Assembly: GCA_964016885.1 (NCBI GenBank)
Contig: OZ024765.1
Span: 23,188,001 to 23,252,000 of the forward strand
Length of the DNA: 64,000 nt
Direction of reading: 5' to 3'
DNA from: Eledone cirrhosa
Taxonomy: Eukaryota
In this document: positions 1-16,131 of the stretch, in pieces
Position numbering within the stretch: position 1 is the first letter of the stretch
Layout of the letters: the number at the start of each line of letters is the position of its first letter
Notes under the pieces: generated by a model
Database searches by the model: none
Seen by the model: only the letters and a program-made list of their open reading frames with translations
Told to the model about the DNA's origin: nothing
Made by a program: the position numbers and the translations under genes

Positions 1-69
1 GAAATATATTTATTGGAAAATATTTCTATTGGGAAAAACCCACATTATTGCCATCATAACAGCAAACAA

Positions 70-400
70 TGTCTCTGTCTCCCGCTCTCTCCCCCACTCT
101 CACTCTCTGTCTCCCCCTCTCTCTCTCTTACTTCTCTCTCTCTCTCTCTCTCTCTGTGTCTATCTCTGTCTCTCTTACCCCTCTCTCTCTCTCTTTCTCT
201 GTTCCACCCTTTCTCTCTTTCTCCCTCTCTTCCTCTCACCGCTCTCTCTCTCCCCCCTCTCTCTCTCTCCCTCTCCCCATCTCTATCTGACACCCTTCTC
301 CCTCTGTCCCCCCTCTCTCTCTGTATCTCTCCCTCTCTATCTATCTCCCCCTCTTCTCCCCTCACCCCTCTCTCTTTACCTGTCTCTCCCCATCTCCACC
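70..400. repeat. (CT)n-rich degenerate microsatellite
   Basis: Pyrimidine-only ctctctc runs. Confidence 0.9.
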
Positions 401-403
401 TCC

Positions 404-660
404 TCACGACCTCCACCACCACCCCACTACCACCATCATCACCTCCACCATCACCCCAACCACCACCACCACCATCACCACAACCACCACCACCGCCATC
501 TTTACCACAACCGCCACCAACACCACCACCATCACCATCTTTACCACCCCCACCATCACCACCACCGCCACCATCTTTACCACCACCAGCACCATCACCA
601 CCGTCACCACCACCACCATCTTTACCACCACCGTCACCGCCGCCACCGCTACAACTGTCA
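404..660. repeat. (CCA)n degenerate trinucleotide repeat
   Basis: accaccacc/ccatca runs. Confidence 0.9.
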
Positions 661-687
661 ACCATGGTGAAAGTTTGTCAAATACAC

Positions 688-1036
688 CTGTTGTTGTTGT
701 AGTTATTGTTTTTACTACTGCTGTTGTTGTTGTTACTGTTGTTGTTGTAGTTATTGTTTTTACTACTGCTGTTGTTGTTGTTACTGCTGTTGTTGTTGTT
801 ACTGTTGTTGTTGTTGTTACTGTTGTTGTTGTTACTGTTGTTGTTGTAGTTATTGTTTTTACTACTGCTGTTGTTGTTGTTACTGCTGTTGTTGTTACTG
901 TTGTTGCTGTTGCTTCTACAGCTGTCGTCACTACTACTACTACTGTTACTACTACTACTACTGTTACTACTACTACTACTACTACTGCTGTTGTTACTAC
1001 TACTACTACTACTACTACTGTTACTACTACTACTGT

Positions 1037-1067
<31 letters not shown>

Positions 1068-1186
1068 GTTACTACTACTACTGTTACTACTACTACTACT
1101 ACTACTACTGTTACTACTACTACTACTGCTGTTGTTACTACTACTACTACTGCTGCTGTTGTTACTACTACTACTACTACTACTGT

Positions 1187-1223
<37 letters not shown>

Positions 1224-1580
1224 GCTGTTGTTACTACTACTACTACTGTTACTACTACTACTACTACTGCTGTTACTACTACTACTACTACTGCTGTTAC
1301 TACTACTGTTACTACTACTACTACTACTGTTACTACTACTGTTACTACTACTACTACTACTACTGTTACAAGTTACTACTACTACTACTACTACTGCTGT
1401 TACTACTACTACTACTGTTGTTGCTACTACTACTACTGTTGTTACTACTACTACTACTACTGTTGTTACTACTACTACTACTACTGTTGTTACTACTACT
1501 ACTACTGTTACTACTACTACTACTGCTGTTGTTACTACTACTACTACTGTTACTACTACTACTACTACTACTGCTGTTGT

Positions 1581-1611
<31 letters not shown>

Positions 1612-1613
1612 GT

Positions 1614-1644
<31 letters not shown>

Positions 1645-1749
1645 GTTACTGTTACTACTACTACTGTTACTACTACTACTACTACTACTGTTACTGTTAC
1701 TACTACTACTGTTACTACTACTACTACTACTACTACTACTGTTACAAGT

Positions 1750-1780
<31 letters not shown>

Positions 1781-1866
1781 GTTGTTACTACTACTACTAC
1801 TACTACTACTGTTACAACTACTACTACTACTACTACTGCTGTTACTACTACTACTACTACAAGTTA
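688..1866. repeat. (GTT)n grading into (ACT)n compound microsatellite
   Basis: gttgttgtt then actactact with gtt/gct interruptions. Confidence 0.95.
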
Positions 1867-1969
1867 CTCTTTTGTCGGTGAAAATACATGTTTCCTTCCT
1901 TCTCGAAAAACCGAAACTGTGGAGAGTTGAGAGGGAGTGGCGACTTGGGGGAAACTATTCAGGTATTTA

Positions 1970-5870
<3,901 letters not shown>

Positions 5871-7898
5871 CAGGCTTGGAAAGTATGGCGGGATGGGGGA
5901 AGTAGAGTAGACTATCAAGTGGCCAGGAGGGAAGGTAGGAGAGAAGTGTACTTAGCAAGAAGGGAAGCTGAGGAAAGAAAGTTCAAGCATGTTCTACAAC
6001 GCGATGACCAAAAACGTGAGGTGTTCAGGATTGCTAGGCAATGCGTCAAGGAAATCCGTGATATTGTCGGGGAGAAGTGTGTACTTAACGATGATGGCAT
6101 ACTTGCCATCACCGACACTGATAAGAAGGTAGCTTGGAAGTGTCACTATGAAAGGCTACTAAATGAGGAGAATAAATGGGAGAAAGACAGTCTCCCCCAT
6201 ATCGACCCGATAGAGGGACCAGCAGTGTTAGTCAAGGGGAGTATAATAAGTAAGGCAATCAAGGATATGAAGACGGGTAAGGCGGCTGGGCCTTCGGAAA
6301 TAGTTGCTGAGATGCTGAAGGCATCTGGCACGGTGGGACACACCATGGTCACCCGCATAGTTAACCAAGTCATACAGAATGGGGTTGTTCCGAAGGACTG
6401 GCATAGCAGCATCATCGTTAACTGTTATAAGGGTAAAGGAGACGCCCTAGATAGGAGTAACTATAGAGGCATTAAATTAATCGACCAGGTCATGAAGGTC
6501 ACGGAAAAAGTAATAGCGCAACTAATCAGAGAGAGAATTGACCTAGATGAAATGCAGTTCGGGTTTGTGTCAGGCAAAAGCACCACAGACGCCCTTTTCA
6601 TAGTACGACAACTACAGGAGAAGTACCTAGCTAAAGGTAGACCCCTCTACTTAGCTTTTGTCGACCTGGAGAAAGCCTTCGACAGAGTCCCCCGCTCCAT
6701 TATCTGGTGGGCTCTTAGAAAACTAGGCGTTGACGAATGGCTTGTGAGGGCTATACAAGCCATGTATAAAGAAACAGTCAGCAAGGTTAGAATTAACAAC
6801 GAATATAGTGAAGAGTTTAGCGTAAAAGTTGGCGTCCATCAGGGCTCTGTTCTCAGCCCCCTACTATTTATTATTGCCCTTCAGGCTATAACAGAGGAGT
6901 TCAAGACAGGCTGCCCATGGGAACTCCTATACGCAGACGACCTGACACTCATAGCGGAATCAATGGCCGAGCTAGAGAAGAAATTCCAAACATGGAAGCA
7001 CGGCCTAGAGTCAAAAGGACTTAAAATTAACCTGGCTAAGACCAAAGTTCTAGTTTGTAGGAAAGAAAACAAGGCGGCGGTCCCTTCTGGGAAATGGTCG
7101 TGCTCGGTGTGTAGGAAAGGCATAGGTAGAAACTCCATTTTATGTCCTAAATGCAAAGTATGGGTGCATAAAAGATGTAGTGGGATCACAGGTAAGCTAA
7201 CTAAGAACATAGATTTTACATGTGGCCGGTGTTCTGGTGCAATAAGTAGCAGCAAGTGCCCACAAAATACTAGCTCTTTCAATTGCGCAGAGGGTTCTAT
7301 AGAAATAGTGGACAGCTTCCGTTACCTGGGCGATAAAATCAGCAGTGGGGGAGGGTGCTCTGAAAGTACTGTAGCTAGAGTCAGAACTGGTTGGAAAAAG
7401 TTCAGAGAGCTTATACCACTATTAGCTGCTAAAGGGTTCTCCCTAAAAATGAAAGGCAGGTTGTACGATGCCTGCATACGAACAGCAATGTTGCATGGTA
7501 GTGAGACCTGGGCATTGTGTGCAGAGGATATACGCAGACTAGAGAGGAACGAAGCTTGCATGCTCCGCTGGATGTGTAACAGTAATATACGTGAACGGCA
7601 AAGCATAAACGAACTAAGGAAAAAATTAGAGATAAGAGGGATCAGATGTTGTTTACTCGAGAGAAGGCTGCGTTGGTATGGACACGTGATGCGCATGAAA
7701 GTCGATAGCTGTATAACAAAGTGCAGGGCAATAAAGATAGACGGTAGCCACGGAATAGGCAGACCTAGAAAAACATGGGATGAGCTGATAAACTCCGACC
7801 TCACACACTTACACCTCTCCAAGACAATGTCACTGGACCGAGACCTTTGGCGGTACTCAGTAACAGAGAAGACCCGCCTTGCCAGTAGGCATCTCTAA
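5871..7898 (+). CDS. RTE ORF2 remnant: reverse transcriptase with embedded PHD-type finger; endonuclease missing
   Basis: Real coding part of ORF 4641..7898 starts after the microsatellite at QAWKVWRDGG. Confidence 0.88.
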   Translation, partial: QAWKVWRDGGSRVDYQVARREGRREVYLARREAEERKFKHVLQRDDQKREVFRIARQCVKEIRDIVGEKCVLNDDGILAITDTDKKVAWKCHYERLLNEENKWEKDSLPHIDPIEGPAVLVKGSIISKAIKDMKTGKAAGPSEIVAEMLKASGTVGHTMVTRIVNQVIQNGVVPKDWHSSIIVNCYKGKGDALDRSNYRGIKLIDQVMKVTEKVIAQLIRERIDLDEMQFGFVSGKSTTDALFIVRQLQEKYLAKGRPLYLAFVDLEKAFDRVPRSIIWWALRKLGVDEWLVRAIQAMYKETVSKVRINNEYSEEFSVKVGVHQGSVLSPLLFIIALQAITEEFKTGCPWELLYADDLTLIAESMAELEKKFQTWKHGLESKGLKINLAKTKVLVCRKENKAAVPSGKWSCSVCRKGIGRNSILCPKCKVWVHKRCSGITGKLTKNIDFTCGRCSGAISSSKCPQNTSSFNCAEGSIEIVDSFRYLGDKISSGGGCSESTVARVRTGWKKFRELIPLLAAKGFSLKMKGRLYDACIRTAMLHGSETWALCAEDIRRLERNEACMLRWMCNSNIRERQSINELRKKLEIRGIRCCLLERRLRWYGHVMRMKVDSCITKCRAIKIDGSHGIGRPRKTWDELINSDLTHLHLSKTMSLDRDLWRYSVTEKTRLASRHL

Positions 7899-8253
7899 CA
7901 AAATACACCCCGTCCCGCCACCACCCCCACCCCATCCACACCACCCCGTTCTATGTAAAGTTATGTTGGTGCCGCGCCATCCAGGCCGAAACAAATGAGA
8001 TCGTGTAGGTGTCACGACAAAAAAACACACAGTCCACGCTGTAATGTGGCCGTGTAGGCAACACGGTAAAAACCTCCCAGACCCACACTGTAAATGTGGT
8101 TGGTGTTAGGAAGGGCATCCAACTGTAGAAAACCTGCCAGACAGTCCTATGCGAGCAAGACAATCACTCTTGCCTCAAGTGGGACTACCCCCGTCCAAAC
8201 CCATGCAAGCGTGGAACACGGACGTTAAACGTTGATGATGATGATGATGATGA
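5871..8253 (+). mobile_element. RTE-clade LINE, family A, 5'-truncated copy with 3' UTR and (ATG)n tail
   Basis: RT motifs (NYRGIKL, FVDLEKAFDRVPR, GVHQGSVLSPLLF, LLYADD), C-terminal RRLRWYGHVMRM..GRPRKTW, ends ggacgttaaacg(atg)n. Confidence 0.93.
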
Positions 8254-8385
8254 TATATATATATATATATCGTGTGTGTGTATATCTTATATATGTGTGT
8301 GTATATATATATATATCTCGTGTGTGTGTGTGTATATGTGTATATATCTCGTGTGTGTGTGTGTGTGTATATATACATATATCTC

Positions 8386-8417
<32 letters not shown>

Positions 8418-8532
8418 CTCTTGTGTGTGTGTATATATATATATATATCTCATATATGTGTCTATATATATATCTCATATGTGTGTGTTCTATGTATATC
8501 TATATATATATCATATGTGGGTGTATATATTT

Positions 8533-9626
8533 CTAGGGCGGGTAAAATTCCCGAGATCCATGGACGAGTTCTCTCCAGCGGTCTCTGTCCCTCATTATCG
8601 CTGCCATGTCCTACATCTCCAACAGACCAGTGTCTGTCCTTAGGGCATCACCATACGCTAACCTTGGTCTCCCTCTTCTAGTGTGTCCATGTAGGGGCTC
8701 CCACAGGAGCACTGAGTGCAATGTCAACTCTGGATGTCGGTGAGCATGTCCAGCTAACCTCAGTCTCCCTCTTCCAGTGTGTCCATGTAGGGGCTCCCAC
8801 AGGAGCACTGAGTGCAATGTCAACTCTGGATGTCGGTGAGCATGTCCAGCTAACCTCAGTCTCCCTCTTCCAGTGTGTCCATGTAGGGGCTCCCAAAGGA
8901 GCACTGAGTGGAGTGTCAACTCTGGATGTCGGTGAGCATGTCCAGCTAACCTCAGTCTCCCTCTTCCAGTGTGTCCATGTAGGGGCTCCCACAGGAGCAC
9001 TGAGTGCAATGTCAACTCTGGATATCGGTGAGCATGTCCAGTTAACCTCAGTCTCCCTCTTCCAGTGTGTCCATGTAGGGGCTCCCAAAGGAGCACTGAG
9101 TGGAGTGTCAACTCTGGATGTCGGTGAGCATGTCCAGCTAACCTCAGTCTCCCTCTTCTAGTGTGTCCATTTAGGGGCTCCCACAGGAGCACTGAGTGCA
9201 GTGTCAACTCTGGATGTCGGTGAGCATGTCCAGCTAACCTCAGTCTCCCTCTTCCAGTGTGTCCATGTAGGGGCTCTCACAGGAGCACTGAGTGGAGTGT
9301 CAACTCTGGATGTCGGTGAGCATGTCCAGCTAACCTCAGTCTCTTCTGTGTCACTTTTGAGCTGACTTTTGCGGCGTGCCACAGCTTGAGATCGATGTGG
9401 AAGTCGGACCTTCGTAGAGACCTGAAAATCCGCCTCTTCATTGCTGTAGTGGAGTCTGTGCTGCTGTACGGGTCTGAGACTTGGACACTGACCAAGAAAC
9501 TCACTCAGATGGTAGATGGGTGCTACACGAGAATGCTGAGGATGGCTCTGAACATTAATCAGTATACACTGAGGATGAAGAACTCAGAGCTGCATGGGAG
9601 CCTCCCAAAAGTCAGCTCAAAAGTGT
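8533..9626 (-). mobile_element. RTE-like LINE 3' fragment (family C) with 5' inversion and internal tandem amplification
   Basis: Minus strand 9370->8533 reads KVSSKVTQKRLRLAGH..GRPRL..RDRWRELV. Plus strand 9371-9626 reads SVLLYGSETWTLT..LPKVSSKV. Confidence 0.85.
8667..9338. repeat. 96-bp minisatellite, 7 copies
   Basis: gtctccctcttccagtgtgtccatgtagggg.. recurs every 96 bp; encodes RLRLAGHAHRHPELTLHSVLLWEPLHGHTGRG on the minus strand. Confidence 0.95.
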
Positions 9627-9707
9627 GTATATATATATATATATATATCATATATGTGTGTGTGTGTGCAACTTTATATATCTCGTGTGTGTATATCTAT
9701 ATATATC

Positions 9708-9743
<36 letters not shown>

Positions 9744-9906
9744 CAGCACTATGTGTCAATAATTGTCACAAGTGTAGTGTTTGTACCAGAGTTTTCAAGT
9801 CGCTGGCTGGACTAAGAAGTTACACTCGTTCAGCGCATCGGTGGGGGTTCTCCTACATGGATATAAAGTAGTGGCCGTACTCGAAAACGAGTTGGCAGCC
9901 ACCATT
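9744..9906 (+). mobile_element. Extreme 3' end of a BovB-like RTE LINE (C2H2-like finger plus terminal stem-loop)
   Basis: HKCSVCTRVFKSLAGLRSYTRSAH, then gtggc..actcg-aaaa-cgagt..gccac hairpin, then (TA)n. Confidence 0.6.
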
Positions 9907-10067
9907 TATATATATATATATATATATATATATCATATATATCGTGTGTGTCTACATATATATATCAAGTGTGTGTGTATATATACATATCTATATATGT
10001 ATTCATGTATGTATATGTACATATGTATGTATATATGTATGTGTGTGTGTGTGTATATATATATATT

Positions 10068-12233
10068 TATCATCATCAACGTTTAATGTCTATCTTCCAC
10101 GCTAGCATGGGTTTAGACGGGAATTGTCCCACTTGAGGCAAGATTGGTTGTCTTGCTCGTATAGGACTGTCTGGCAGGTTTTCTACAGCTGGATGCCCTT
10201 CCTAACACCAACCACGTTTACAGTGTGGGACTGGGAGGTTTTTACCATGTTACCTACAAGGCCACATTACAGCGTGGACTGTGTATTTTGTCATGACATC
10301 TACACGACCTCATTTATTTAGGACTGGATATTGTGGTACCACCATAACTTTGCAGAGAAAGAGGTGGTGTGGATGGGGTGGGGGTAGTGGGTAGTGGGAG
10401 GGGGTATATATTTGGTTGGGAGGTGCCTACTGACTGTAGGTTAACTTTGTACTTAGGCAAGGCGGGTCTTCTGTATTATTGTCCAGTGACATTGTCCTAG
10501 AGAGGTGTAAGTGTGTGAGGTCGCAATTTATCAGATCGTCCCAGGTTTTTCTGGGTCTGCCTACTCTGTAGCTACCGTCTATTTTGATCGTCCTGCACTT
10601 TTTTATACAGCTGTCGTCTTTCATGCACATCATGTGGCCATACCAACGTAGTCTTCTCTTGAGTGAACAGCATCTGATCCCTCTTATTCCTAATTTCTCA
10701 CTTAGTTCATTTATGCTTTGCCGTTCACGTATATTACTATTACACATCCAATGGAGCATGCATGCTTCATTCCTCTCCAGTCTGCGTAGATCCTCTGCAC
10801 ACAATGCTCAAGTCTCACTGCCATGTAACATTGCTGTTTGTATGCAGGCATCATACATCATACATCATACAGCCTGCCTTTCATTTTTAGAGAGAAACCT
10901 TTAGTGGTCAACAGTGGTATAAGCTCTCTGAACTTTTTCCATCCCATTCTGACTCTGGCTACTGTACTTTCAGAGCACCCTCCCCCACTGCTGATTTTGT
11001 CACCCAGGTAACGGAAGGTGTCCACTATTTCTATAGAACCATCTGGGCAATAGAAGAAGCAAGTATCCTGTGAGCACTTGCTACTTATTGCACCAGAGCA
11101 CCGGCCACATATAAAATCTATGTTCTTAGTTAGCTTACCTGTGATCCCACTACATCTTTTATGCACCCATACTTTGCATTTGTGACATAAAATGGAGTTT
11201 CTGCCTACTCCTTTCCTACACACTGAGCATGGCCATTTCCCAGAGGGGACCAGTGCCCTATTTTCCTTCCTACATACTAGAACTTTAGTCTTAGACAGGT
11301 TAACTTTAAGGCCTTTTGATTCTAGGTCCTGCTTCCATGTTTGGAATTTCTTCTCTAGTTCAGCCATTGATTCAGCTATGAGCGTTAGATCATCTACGTA
11401 TAGGAGTTCCCATGGGCATTCGGTCTTGAACTCCTCTGTTATAGCCTGAAGGGCAATAATAAATAGGAGGGGGCTAAGGACGGAGCCCTGATGAACACCA
11501 ACTTTTACGCTAAATTCTTCACTATATTCGTTGTTAATTCTAACCTTGCTGTCTGTTTCTTTATACATGGCTTGTATAGCTCTCACAAGCCATTCATCAA
11601 CCCCTAGTTTTCTAAGGGCCCACCAGATTATGGCGTGGGGGACTCTGTCAAATGCTTTCTCCAAGTCAACAAAAGCTAATTATAGGGGTTTACTTTTAGC
11701 TAGGTACTTACTTCTCCTGTAATTGTCGTACTATGAAAAGAGCGTCTGTGGTACTTTTACCTGACACAAACCCAAACTGCATTTCATCTAGATCAATTCG
11801 CCTTCTGATTAGTTGCGCTATAACTCTTTCTGTGACCTTCATGACCTGGTCAATTAATTTAATGCCTCTATAGTTTCCCCTATCTAGGGCATCTCCTTTA
11901 CCCTTGTAGCAGTTAATGATAATGCTACTACGCCAGTTATTTGGTATGACCCCATTCTGTATGACTTGGTTTACTATCCGGGTGACCATAGTGTGTCCCA
12001 CCGTTCCAGGTGCTTTCAGCAACTATCTCCAAAGGCCCAGCTGCCTTGCCTGTCTTCATATCTTTGATTGCCTTACTTATTGTACTCCCTTCAACTTGCA
12101 CTGCTGGTCCCTCTATGGAATCGATGTGGGCCAGACTTTGTCCCATTTATTCTCCTCATTTAGTAGCCTCTCGTAGTGACACTTCCAAGCTACCTTCTTA
12201 TCAGCGTCAGTGATGGCAAGTACACCATCATCT
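10068..12233 (-). mobile_element. RTE family A copy, 5'-truncated and frameshifted
   Basis: ORF pieces 11937-12146, 11708-12022, 10858-11664 and 10427-10804 are colinear with the copy at 5871; same 3' UTR. Confidence 0.92.
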
Positions 12234-12372
12234 TATATATATGTATATGCATATATATATGTATGTATATGCATATATGTATGTATATATATGTATATGC
12301 TTATATGTATGTACATATATGTATGTATATATATATATATATGTAGGTATATGCGTATATATATATGTATAT

Positions 12373-12745
12373 ATCATCATCGTCGTTTTTACATCCGCTT
12401 TTCCCTGCTTGCAAGGGTTGGACGGGTACTTCCCAGTACAGCATCCCTCCACACTCTGTGTTCCTTTATCATCTTTTCTGTGAGTTTCAGTAATTTGAGA
12501 TCAGCTCTCACCACCTCTGCCCAGGTCTTCCTTGGTCTTCCTCTACTGTGGCTTCCTTCCACTTGGATTTCCCGGCACTTCTTCACCCAGAGATCATCAT
12601 CCATGTACATCACATGTCGATACCACCGCAGTCTTCTCTCCTGCACACCATCTCGGATTCCCCTTAAACCCAGTTTCTCCTTCAAATCCTCCAAGCTCTG
12701 CCTCTCTCTCACACTACCATGCAGCATCGCAGGTGTCGTACAGTC
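12373..12745 (-). mobile_element. RTE family B 3' fragment
   Basis: [40 protein letters not shown] followed by a (GAT)n tail. Confidence 0.85.
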
Positions 12746-13050
12746 ATCATCATCATTTAATGTTAGCATGGGTTGGACAGGTCTACATTGACCATGTCAG
12801 TACTGAAGTGGGGCTACTCACCTATTGAATAAAATGGTAGAAAATCTGGCAGTTTATTTCTACTGTTTCAAAGATGTACCATGAGTAAAAAAAGTTTGTA
12901 AACCACTGGATTAGGGCCTCTACAAGTGAAGGGTCCAGCAGCCCTAGTCATGACTTCCAGGTGTCCCCATGCTGATATCAACCCAGAACTTCCAGTGAGC
13001 TTCTTACCCATTCCTGTGGAAACAGATTGAAAAATGAAGTATATATGTAT

Positions 13051-13187
13051 AGTGGTTAGAGCATTGGCCTTGCAATCGAAAGGTTGTGAGTTCAATTCTC
13101 GGACCGGGTGATGTGTTGTTTCCTTGAGCAAGACACTTTATTTCACATTGCTCCAGTTTACTCAGCTGTAGAAATGTGATGATAGGA
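13051..13187 (+). mobile_element. tRNA-derived CORE-type SINE, 5' part
   Basis: agtggttagagc..gagttcaattc (A/B boxes) plus ccttgagcaagacacttt..cagctgtagaaatg (CORE-like). Confidence 0.8.
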
Positions 13188-13229
13188 TGGGTTGTCCTGT
13201 TGTGGGCAGTGTCCAGTCGGCTGACCTTG

Positions 13230-13487
13230 TCTTGCTCATACGGGAACTGATTCTGGCTTGATTTCTACAGCTGGATGCCCTTCCTAACACCAACCTCATT
13301 TACAGTGAGTGCTGCGTGCTTTTTTGCCGTGGCACCTCCACGACCACTTTGCAGTGGAATGATAGGGACTCCAGTCCTATCATCACATTTCTACAGTTGA
13401 GTAAACTGGAGCAATGTGAAATAAGGTGTCTTGCTCAAGGAAACAACACATCACCCGGTCCGAGAATTGAACTCACAACCTTTCGAT
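13230..13487 (-). mobile_element. Second copy of the same SINE, inverted
   Basis: Reverse complement of the SINE body seen at 32660-32905. Confidence 0.8.
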
Positions 13488-13584
13488 GCAGATGTAAAAT
13501 GATGATGATATATATAGAGAGAGAGATGGATAGATATATGTATGTGGAAAGATTAGTTAATTCTGAAACCACAATATATGTCAA

Positions 13585-14122
13585 CATCATCATCATCATC
13601 ATCATCGTTTAACGTCCATCTTCCACGCTTGCATGGGTTAGACGGGAGTTTTCCCACTTGAGGCAAGAGTGGTTGTCTTGCTCGCATAGGACTGTCTGGC
13701 GGGTTTTCTACAGCTGGATGCCCTTCCTAACACCAACTACGTTTACAGTGTGGGACTGGGAGGTTTTTACCGTGTTGCCTACACGGCCACATTACAGCAT
13801 GGACTGTGTGTTTTTTTGTCGTGACACCTACATGACCTCATTTGTTTCAGACTGGATGTTGTGACACCAACATAACTTTACATTGAAGGGGTGGTGTGGA
13901 TAGGGTGGGGGTAGTGGGACGGGGTGTATTTTGTTAGAGGTGCCTACTGACTGTAGTAGGTTTCACTTTGTATTTAGGTAAGGCGGGTCTTCTGTATTAC
14001 TGTGTAGCGCCAAAGATCTCGCTCCAGTGACATTGTCTTGGAGAGGTGTAAGTGTGTGAGGTCGGAATTTATCAAGTCGTCCCAGGTTTTTCTGGGTCTG
14101 CCTACTCTGTGGCTACTGTCTA
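13585..14122 (-). mobile_element. RTE family A 3' fragment
   Basis: [20 protein letters not shown], family A 3' UTR and (GAT)n tail. Confidence 0.9.
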
Positions 14123-14137
14123 TGTATATATAAATAT

Positions 14138-14190
<53 letters not shown>

Positions 14191-14207
14191 AATATATATA
14201 AATATAT

Positions 14208-14262
<55 letters not shown>

Positions 14263-14300
14263 ATTAAATAAATGGAAAACTATATTTATAAAACCATATT

Positions 14301-14366
14301 TATTTCATTATATATATTTCGGGGATATCATATTAACAATATGCTATGCCTTCATCAGACAAAATA
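14301..14366 (-). ncRNA. Type I hammerhead ribozyme (inverted pLTR copy)
   Basis: Reverse complement of 17646-17711. Confidence 0.65.
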
Positions 14367-14722
14367 CAATATAAACAGTTTTATAGATAAATATATTCGA
14401 CATACCGTAATAAACTTCAACTTCATTTGAAGAGGTTTACGCTAGCAGTGAAAATACAGAGAGAAAGAAAGAGAGAAAGAAAAGAGGGAAAAACGAAAGA
14501 AAGAAAGACAAAACGAAGAAAAGGAAGAAAAAGAAGAAAAAGAAAAAGAAGAAATGCATGGAACAAAATAGAGAGATGGAAAAATAGATAAAGTGAAGAG
14601 CTTCATGTAAAGAGACAGAAAGATATATATATATAGAGAGAGGAAATAGAGATAGATACATATATATATATAGAAAATTAGGTAGTGGTAGGTCATTTTG
14701 AGTAAGTGTATCAATGATACAT

Positions 14723-14761
<39 letters not shown>

Positions 14762-14952
14762 GCTCAAGTATTAATGTAAGGGAGATATATAGAGAGATAT
14801 AGAGAGAGAAAAAAAAATTTAAAAATATCCAGACATATTCGAGGCGTAGAAAACCCTATGTTTTAATGTATTAGTATTTATAAAACTTACACTACACTGT
14901 AAATATCAGTATTCCTGAATGAAACAAGTATTCACAATGTGTGAAAATTCAT

Positions 14953-16131
14953 GGTACTAACGGAGGTTTATATAGGGATGACATGCTTTTACTTATTAAT
15001 AATAATAACCCTGAACTAAATAGAAAATGTAAACAAATTACAAAATTTTTTAATTACTTTAACCTTAAAATAGAAATTGAGAACAACCATAGAATAGTCA
15101 ATTTCCTAGATATAACATTAAATCTCAACACATGTCTCCACTATCCTTTTCACAAGTTGAATGAAAACTTAAACTATGTCAGCTTTAACTCTAACCACCC
15201 CAGATCTGTCAAAAACACTATAGTAAACTCAGTCCAAAAACGTATCTCTAGGATCTCGTCAAATAGAAAGATTTTTGACGAAAAGGCCCAATACTATAAT
15301 GATGCACTAGCTAGGGCAGGGTATGCTGATAAGATTGTATACATAGATAATGATAGACAAACTAAACAAAGTAACAACTTTTTTAATTACGGCAACAACA
15401 TTAACAACTATAATAGAAAGCATTACAATAATTCCAAAGGACAAAAAAGAAATAGAACTAGGAACATAATTTGGTTTGCCCCCCCTTTCTCACTAAACAT
15501 TAAAACCCACATCGCTAAATTATTTTTCAAAGCTCTTGATAATCGCTTCCCTAGAACACATAGGTATCACTCAATCTTCAATAGGCATACAATTAAATTA
15601 ACCTACTCATCCACCAAAAATTTAGCACAAAATATTAATAGAATAAATAATAGGAACTTAAAACCTACTGATAATAGCATAAATAATATACAAGTTAACA
15701 AATGTAACTGTAGAGATAGATCTAAATGTCCGTTAAATAACAACTGCTTAGTTAAAAATATAGTATACAATTGTAATGTTAATACTGACTCTAATTCTTT
15801 TAACTACGTCGGTTCCACATCGACGGAATTTAAACTTCGCTATAATAACCACAAGAATTCTTTCACAGATCCAAATAAAAAATCTTCAACGGCACTATCA
15901 GGGGTACTCTGGCAACTTAAGCTAGATAACGTTAGATATTCGACGGCTTGGAATATAGTCTCAAGAGGGATTCCTTTTAATTCATCCTCTGAGACATGTG
16001 ACCTCTGCGCAGAGGAGATATTCTTTATACTAAAATCTAAAAATTACCTTAATCTACGGACAAATTTATTCAGTTGTTGCAAACATAGATTAAACTCAAC
16101 GTTTAAATATAAATTTAAATTTAAAATGTAG
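14953..16131 (+). CDS. PLE polyprotein C-terminal part (RT core end/thumb, Cys linker, GIY-YIG endonuclease); probably Naiad-type
   Basis: GLYRDD, VNFLDITL, YVSFNSNHP, IIWFAPPFS, CNCx5Cx5C linker, NIVY..YVGST..FKLRYNNH, CDLC..E, CKH. Confidence 0.85.
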   Translation, partial: GTNGGLYRDDMLLLINNNNPELNRKCKQITKFFNYFNLKIEIENNHRIVNFLDITLNLNTCLHYPFHKLNENLNYVSFNSNHPRSVKNTIVNSVQKRISRISSNRKIFDEKAQYYNDALARAGYADKIVYIDNDRQTKQSNNFFNYGNNINNYNRKHYNNSKGQKRNRTRNIIWFAPPFSLNIKTHIAKLFFKALDNRFPRTHRYHSIFNRHTIKLTYSSTKNLAQNINRINNRNLKPTDNSINNIQVNKCNCRDRSKCPLNNNCLVKNIVYNCNVNTDSNSFNYVGSTSTEFKLRYNNHKNSFTDPNKKSSTALSGVLWQLKLDNVRYSTAWNIVSRGIPFNSSSETCDLCAEEIFFILKSKNYLNLRTNLFSCCKHRLNSTFKYKFKFKM

